A program made the position numbers and the translations under genes. Below the pieces are notes generated by a model. That model saw only the letters and a program-made list of their open reading frames with translations. It had not been told where the DNA came from and ran no database searches. Positions 56,200 through 64,000 of a stretch of DNA of 64,000 nt are shown piece after piece (position 1 is the first letter of the stretch; each line of letters starts with the position of its first letter). This DNA is from Kudoa neothunni (Eukaryota > Animalia > Cnidaria): contig OZ199840.1 of NCBI GenBank assembly GCA_964304625.1, positions 9,160,882 to 9,224,881 of the forward strand, written 5' to 3'.

Positions 56200-58372
56200 A
56201 TTTTTTTTGTTTTAGATGTAGGATTCTAGAATTTTTCATCACATGATAAGACATTTGGAGCTTTTCGTTAGATTGTGGAGTTCTGGCTGATCAGGTGGTC
56301 TTCTTTAACTCTATTAATACCATAGAAAATCATTTATAACCCCTCGCATTTTTCAAATTCTTGTATGCTAATGAGTAGGTTTTAATTACTCAATTATTAC
56401 GGGCACAAACATCAAAGGAGTCTTCAAACCTCATATTTTTAGGATAATTGGGTTGTGGAATTCGATATGTTGTTCAATTGAGTTGATATTAGAGAAATGG
56501 CAATAAATTTTCCGATAAAGAAAGAGTATTGCATTCATACACGCAATAGTCTTCTAGTATTCCAAAACTATGGGTCAGATTAAAGACTGTGATCATTTAC
56601 GTATAAATGCAGTTAGCATAGATTACATAGCATGTAAATACGACTTTATTTTATGAATTTCTAATATTAAACCTTCATAAATCCTTTGTATCGCTATCTT
56701 GACATTATTACAAACGCTGCAAATGCCATAATAAATCATTCATCAGAGACTTTTGTGTAATTGTAGAAATATTTCAGAGGTTTATGTATCTATCATCTGG
56801 AATAGATAACCTTTACATTATTGATTGAATATGCTATATTTTGAAAATTAAATTAATTGTTTATTGCGAAATAAAACTCAACGTTGGTTATATTGTAGAA
56901 GGAGTAATAATTAGTATTAGTCGATTATCCTCTGTAGCTAAATAGGGCTTTCTAATTCCTTTTCTAGACAAAACAGCTGTCGCACCTCCATTTTTCATAA
57001 ATCAATTCGTAATCCTTTATCCACTATCTACTACATATATAAAGCTGAAGTGTCCGTGTGTCTGTGTTTGTCAAAATTTTTTAAAAATCTTTAAATCATT
57101 TTAACACTACCATATGTTCCCAGAAGTGTTTAGAAATGTTGATTTTGTCGATTCAAAGTTTGTTTAATGGATTACTTGAGTTCAACAATAGGAATAACAC
57201 CTGCTGATGGTCGGTTGAGGTCAACTTTCCTCCTTATATACTTTATCAAATTTAACTTAAGCTATAGCAACTGACTTTTTATATAGTGTTGGAGTGCATA
57301 TTCGGGAGTTTGCACATATATACTTCTTTTATCGGGAGTTTTAACGTATATGACTTGATAAGTATATTTAAAAAGTTCAATTAATGGTTTAAAATATGAG
57401 AAAAAGTCTATGTTTGCATCATTAGTAGTGATTTGGTAAGGGATTCTACAATCAGATTGATTGAAGCTTTATAATACAAGCACAATGTCTGTAGATTATA
57501 TTGAAATCACCCGCTAAGTTTAGCTTTCTGTGATTAAATTCAATTCAGTTGGTTGTACTTTTATTTCATCTTATTATTTGAATTGTTTATGTTGATATCG
57601 ATTCTATCTGAGACTGTTTGTGAGAAATAATGCATTAATGATCATGCCGGGACAAGGGATAATAATCTGAACATTAAAAATCAATGATCGTAAAGTTTCT
57701 TCTATTTCTATATCTTTTTTTTACCTCCCCAGAAAAGCATAACAAAAAATTTCTGAGTCAGGCCAGAATCGGCTTTGAAAAATCCAGGGGCCAAAAAATA
57801 ACATTTTAGACAACACATCAGGGTAATTTAAATAGTTCGGGAATGTAGAAAAAATGGCGCGAACTTTAAATTATTTAGCGTTTGTGCCGAACAACTAAAT
57901 TTTTAAATGAACGCCGGGATTGGAACAATCTTTCAAAGAAATGTTCATAATCTAACTTTCATAATCCAAATCGTTAAAGTATGACGCTTATAAATTTTTA
58001 GTTATTTTGTTTCTATGGGTTAATTCGAAACTTAATATATTTTTTGAATGCTATTAAAAAACGCCCCTAGGCGAAATCTTCCACAAGCAATGCTGGGCAA
58101 ATCGTTCTAGTTCTAAAATAAAGATTCGCTCTAATTGCTAATCAGCACACAATGGTAAAACTAACGTAACTGCCGATCTTCGTTGATTCTATAAAAATAT
58201 TTTAATATCTATTTACTGGTTTCCATACAGACCAAATAGAAAGCAGTCGGAAAAACTGCAATATTATTTAAATATTATGGGAGTATATTCTTTAATATTG
58301 GATTTTGATCAGAATAAATTTCTCAGAAAATGAAAATAAGAGGTGATAAAAAATGCGGCTCAATAATGTCAT
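56200..58372 (-). pseudogene. Decayed multi-exon orphan gene split by a Helitron
   Basis: Exon-like segments with GT/AG borders and in-frame stops on both sides of the Helitron (e.g. FGILEDYCVYECNTL, MRFEDSFDVCAR). Confidence 0.4.
57027..58110 (+). mobile_element. Non-autonomous Helitron
   Basis: A|TCTACTACATATATAAAGCTGAAGTGTCCGTGTGTCTG 5' end; GC-rich subterminal segment then CTAG|T 3' end; no TSD. Confidence 0.7.
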
Positions 58373-61300
58373 TCTTCGTTGTATGGGGATTCATATTCTT
58401 TAACGTTTATGTATTTTGTTAACATGTACTATTAATTTTTAAATCTTAAAAGCTAATATCTCCATTTATTATTTTAAAAATTTAATTTTAAATAATACAA
58501 GATGAAGCAATGATTCTAATTCCTTCTAATGTATTTGCTTTTTATTTATTGAATTTATAAATTTGTATAATTTATTATTCATAGTTTTTTAACGTTTTGA
58601 ATAAATTTTAAAAAATTCGAAAAATTATTTATAATGAAATATTTTTAAAAATGTGCTATTTATTCTATTCAATCAAAATATACTTAATTTGTAAACAATT
58701 TTAAACTTGGATAAAAATAATTATTTAACACATCGTCAATGTATGTTATTAGATGATTATTTAAAAAAAAAAGTTCTTCACGATAATTAAAATTAATATC
58801 ATTCTCGTGTAATAATCCATATAAATTCTGGTGAAATTACTTTTGAATATTTTTATAATTATTATTAGTTTATTCAAATCAAAAAATCTGCGGCTCTTAA
58901 AAATAAACCAATTTCTATTGATTGAATGTATTTTGAAGTTTTCACGATGAAAGACTAAACTATTTTTTTTAATATTAGGGCACATACCCCCTCCGTTTGG
59001 AAATGTGTTTACATATCTTGGAACGGTGTTCCCCCTTATATATTTGGCGATTCCACCCTCTCTAAAGACGCAATAAAAATTCTATAATGAATTAGCGACA
59101 TTTAGTCCGATTATGCGGTTGAAATTAAAAATAAATATAATTTGAGCGAGACTTTGAATTTAATAACATTTTTTGTGATATTATGTTAATGGCGTAATTT
59201 ATTAATTAACAAATTTTTTATAAGATATGTTAGCCAAAAATATCAATAAAAATCCAAAAATTTAAAATACAATTTAATATTATTTCAACAAGTGTTATTT
59301 CTCTAGCTAAATTTTCTATTAAATATCATGAACATACTTTTTTGTGCATGCCAGTTTAGATAATGATTACAATTATCAAAATATTAGATTTTCCCTTATC
59401 ATAACTTTTAAAATTATTTTTCCGCCAAATTTAAAATTTATATTGATTTGGATATGTAATTAAATAGAATAATAATTTATTGATACACTTACAGTGGTAT
59501 ATGAGTTATCTAATATAATCTCAATCTTGTGATTGTTGCAGATACACAGGACCGTCGAGGAATCAGCATTAAACACGTCTACAAAATTTAAATGAATCAT
59601 TACAAATAGCAACTTGTTATTCTCCAGTACAATGATACTAGGAGTGAAATACCATATTCCATCGAAAATAGAGCTTTTAACAAATCAAAAATAATATTTA
59701 CATATTATTTGTAATTTGCCATTATTATTAATATATTTTGAATTATCATAATTGTGGAGAAGTCATTTTTTATCACAATTCAAAAAAATCATACAGCATT
59801 TATCAATTATAGTTAAGATTGTCATCTAAAAATATATTCGATGCCATAATGTTAACTATAATTATCTTTAGGATCGAAAATTTATATTCCTTTAAGTTAC
59901 TTCATTATAAGTAATAAACTTAAATTTGCTTCAATATATTAGATGTTTTAAATATTTTTTATAGAGTTTTACTTTTTTGGATTTGAATAATTATAATTTA
60001 AATTTAATAAGATTCTTTTCATTTATTATCAATTATAAAATAATTAAATGCAATTTTACTTAAAATATTTGGTAAGATTTTCTATTAGAATAAATTAATG
60101 TGTTAATTACAAGAGATATTGTAAGTCTAAATTAAAAAATATTTAATATTGTGACATTTTATTGATTTTTCAACTGAATATAAAACTTAGAATTCGTAAA
60201 ATATAGTATCAAAAGGGATATAAAACAGATTTTGAACTATTTAAGCTGATATGAAGGAAATTTTCATTAATGTTAAAAAGAATAATATATCGATTTAAAG
60301 AAATATGATGGTCCAATGATAAACTTGTAATTCAGATGTTAAATCCTCGAAACCACTTGTAAAAATAGAAATAAGATAAAAATATGTATTTTTATATGGA
60401 AATTGTAAAAAATAATTAAATTTTTATTTTAAAATAAAATTGATTAACGTTTTATACATGAATGGATTCAAATATTTTTGTTGCTTAACAGAGATTTTTT
60501 TAAAATGACACGGTTGAAAAGACTGAAATTAACTTTTCAGAGCAGATATGCATACATAATAATTAATTTTTAAATATTATAAGTAAATCCATGATATTAA
60601 ACATATATTCTCGTTGGCTATGTTTAGTGATTAAATTATTTATTTTTTTACTGAGTTCTTTGAATTTTAACCCTTAATGGATTACAATTAATGTTGCCTT
60701 TATTCATACTAGAAAACATAAAAATTGGAAATTAACTTAGAGCTGCTTTCAAGTTATTTTAAGCTAGTATGATTCAAACCATACTTTTTTTGCTGAAATA
60801 ACGAAATTATACATAATTTTGATAATATTTGTATTGATAATAATAAAAGAAATATATTAACTTTAATCTTTTTGGTTTTATGTATTAAACAACTAATAAA
60901 TAAGGTATTGCCTCATTAATTACGGCGACTCTACAATAAGATATATCTTTGTTGTTATATTATCTGCCAACAATATCTGCTTTCAAAGATACGGAAAAAT
61001 AATTGCCTCTGGAATAATTTATAATTTGCATAGTTGGTTCTAAAGATTATTTTATTTTTTCTTATAGTATATAATTTAATATTTTTAGCTTATTCCTAAT
61101 ATTTATTGAGAAAATAATGATTATTGTTGATTTAATTAAAATTATTTACAAAGAATGATCAAAACACTTGTTGCTTCTTCTTTTTTTTCATTTCAAGTTT
61201 ATTTGTTATAATTTTAATAGAAATAAACAATGATAACAACATATTAATCTGTATGATTTTATTTAAATTTATTATTTGCATTCGGATAATTAATGAGAAT

Positions 61301-61694
61301 CTCTCACGATAATAAAAAAATATTTTAACAATTTAACTATTAATCTAATCAATAAACGAAAAAATACATCAATGGTATTTAAAACTTACTCAATACTCAA
61401 TATCTAAATATCTAAGTATTAATACAATTAAATCAAAGTATACTAAATTTAAAATCAGTATATATATAATTTTAAACAAATAATCTAAGAAAATTAATAT
61501 AATAACAGCTTTTATTTACTTTAACCGACTTTATTTTAACATGTCATACTCATTTTTTCAGACTTTTTTTATTGATAACATTCTACTATCTTTAATACAA
61601 AATTATTGTTTTTTAAGAAAAGAAAAGATAAAATATTGCTATATAAGCAGTAGATGATCGTGTATCGTCCCTAACAAAAGAATATCCGCCGAAA

Positions 61695-62670
61695 ATGATG
61701 AATATTATTCTGGTTACTTTATGTAAATAAAAAGTGTGTTCAATATTAAATATATATTTTTAGTCTTCACGACAATAATCAGTACCTCTGATGTATACGA
61801 AAAATATGAATATTTTTATAATTTTATTCGAATTAGTTTACATTATCCTTTTCAGCGAAAAGGGATCTGTTTCATGCACTATACCTGCTTCAGCGTAACG
61901 AATCATTTAATACTGGAATAAGAGTATTTATTTTGTTATAAAAAAATTTAAATAACTCTATAGTCTGAACTGTTTGAAAACGCATTATCTGATGTGAAGC
62001 ATTTCGTGAATAATTCAACGTTTATTACAGATCATTCTGATATGTTTGTCCAAACATACGATTTATTACGTAAGGGGTTAAACTAAAAAAATTTTCATCG
62101 ATTAGTATGTTTAGTTCAACATTTTAAACATCCTGAAAAATGTTTTGCTTGTGCGGTAAATTTTCTCCAAATAAACGCTTAAATACTTTACTCAATAGGA
62201 GATTTTAAGGAAAGAATGTGAACTAATGCAGGCAAGTGCATCAACCCGACAAAATTCGGTCAGACATCACTCCAATGAAAACGTTATTCTATGATGTGTG
62301 CACTCGTTTACTTTTCATAGGTTCAGCCTAATTGTAACACCACATCATTATCCGATTGCTTTGAAGCTAATTTTTGTCATGAATTGATAGGTGATAAAAT
62401 ACAATAAATTTCCGTTATAATAATATTCATAAACTTAAATTAAATATTTATTTAATCATTTTTATTAGATTTGCATCCGGAACCGCTTGTGAGGAATCCC
62501 TTTTCAGGTAATAATTCAACATTTTAATGAAAATATTTTCTAAATCGTGAATTTTAGGCATATGTCAAGTGGGATTTGAATGCAGACCTAATCGTATCCT
62601 TCAATCATATTTGTCAAGAATTCCAGGATTTGGGATAGGTGATTTACTATCTCGACGATCCTGGTCATAA
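61695..62670 (+). CDS. Secreted Cys-rich family paralog C (9 exons, 8 Cys)
   Basis: MMNIILVTLFFTTIISTSD...TDHSDMFVQT...PEKCFACAEILRKEC...NCNTTSLSDCFEANFC...ICQVGFECRPN...SWS*. Confidence 0.85.
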
Positions 62671-62836
62671 TCACCGAACCACAAATACTAACACTATCTT
62701 TAAAGAGAAGAGATAATTTGAGTTTACTTTTTGATTCTTTCATGGATTTTTCGAAATGCGTAATATTTTAATTTCCAATATAGATTTAAATATTTAATTA
62801 CTAAAAAATAATTCATGCTTTTTATTTATTCATTAA

Positions 62837-63738
62837 CCCTCTAAGCCAGCGAAAAATTCCATCCTCGAACGAACGGGCTTGGGGTGAAAAACACCCCAGG
62901 ATTTTTTTGATTTAATTTACTCAAAAAATAATTTTGAATTTACTTGAGAATTTTTATTAGATTCTATCGTTAGAATTTGGAGTATACTTACATTTATTAC
63001 AACCTTAATCTGATTCGGAATGGTTCGGCGCAACCATCGTGGATTATTTTTAACGAATGATAATGTCTTTCGTTAAGTAGTGTGAAAAAAGTTATTATCT
63101 GGCTCACCATTAAGGGAGTGGATATCATCAAAAAATTCACTGAGAATTCTCATCTTAATTCACCCACAAGAATGGTCCAACTAATGCTAGCTCCTTGCTC
63201 AAAAACCCCATTTTACTACATAATCCAAGTTGACGCTTAATTAAAATAAAATCTCCGAGGAAGTATTCTTCAACGTTAAAACTCAAAATTAAACTTGTTA
63301 GTTATTAAAACCTGATATATGTGACAAAATCGATGTTTCTCCGTCCATCTGATGGGGGAATCTCATTATTATACCAACGGAAACTTTCGGGTGATAGACG
63401 AAGAATGCCGCATCGGATTAGGTGAGATATTAATTGCAGATTTTCTGAGAAATTAGACGATGAAATTTTACAGGAGTTTCTCAATTAATTATTTATAATT
63501 TATCAAGTTAATATAAGCAAAAAAACCTGGGGGTTATTTTTCACCCCAAGCCCGTTAAAGGATTGAATTTTTTGGGCATAATCTGAACTTATATTTTGCC
63601 AAAGTTTTTGATACATAATACGTTTAATAAATATAGGAGAACAGCATAAATATCAATTTTCTTTGAGAAGGTTGTACAAATTTATTCCCGCATTAAACGT
63701 GGTTTGGAAGTGTAATACACCTCAAATCCGTTAGAGGG
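62837..63738. mobile_element. Non-autonomous piggyBac with coding-like interior
   Basis: TTAA-CCCTCTAAG long end; TTAGAGGG-TAAA short end; palindromes at 62880, ~63528 and ~63705. Confidence 0.8.
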
Positions 63739-64000
63739 TAAAAAAACTAAATGACAATGACTGTGATTCAAAGCTTGGAAAATCAAGTCTGTTTTAAAAC
63801 AAAAATAATAAATTGATATCTTTTGGTATTAATCATCATATAATTCAATTATGTTGATAATTTTTTGGGGAAATCTTTTTAGATTGCCATAAAATCAATG
63901 ATATATCTGTGAAGAATCTCAAATTATTATAAATGGCGTTTTGATGTTTGCGTCTAAAATTTTTGATTGTAGCCTTATTTTGTTAGAATAGTAATTTGTT

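Noticed and set aside
1-64000. Alternative genetic code or stop readthrough to explain in-frame stops
   Set aside because: Conserved genes splice to open frames and end at ordinary TAA/TAG; internal stops are confined to introns and decayed loci.

Overview
AT-rich eukaryotic DNA with compact genes split by very short (~30-60 nt) GT-AG introns and very divergent animal-type proteins. This fits a fast-evolving parasitic animal such as a myxozoan cnidarian, but that taxon is inference only. Conserved genes recovered by manual splicing are lunapark, a Rab8/10-like GTPase, a secreted Kunitz protein, a CaMKK-like kinase and Ran, plus an orphan type-I membrane protein. DNA transposons are dense and often nested: at least ten piggyBac elements or derivatives, several hAT/Buster elements, two Tc1/mariner remnants and a Helitron. 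The two strongest leads are both largely invisible in the ORF track. (1) A dispersed cluster of five paralogous multi-exon genes (40-63 kb) encodes a ~190-200 aa secreted Cys-rich protein family with hypervariable exons and a paired cysteine loss. (2) Several non-autonomous piggyBac elements carry non-transposase, apparently spliced cargo ORFs ('Pack-piggyBac'-like), and one has grown a 1.1-kb microsatellite inside its terminal repeat. Exon boundaries were read by eye and may be off by a few bases.
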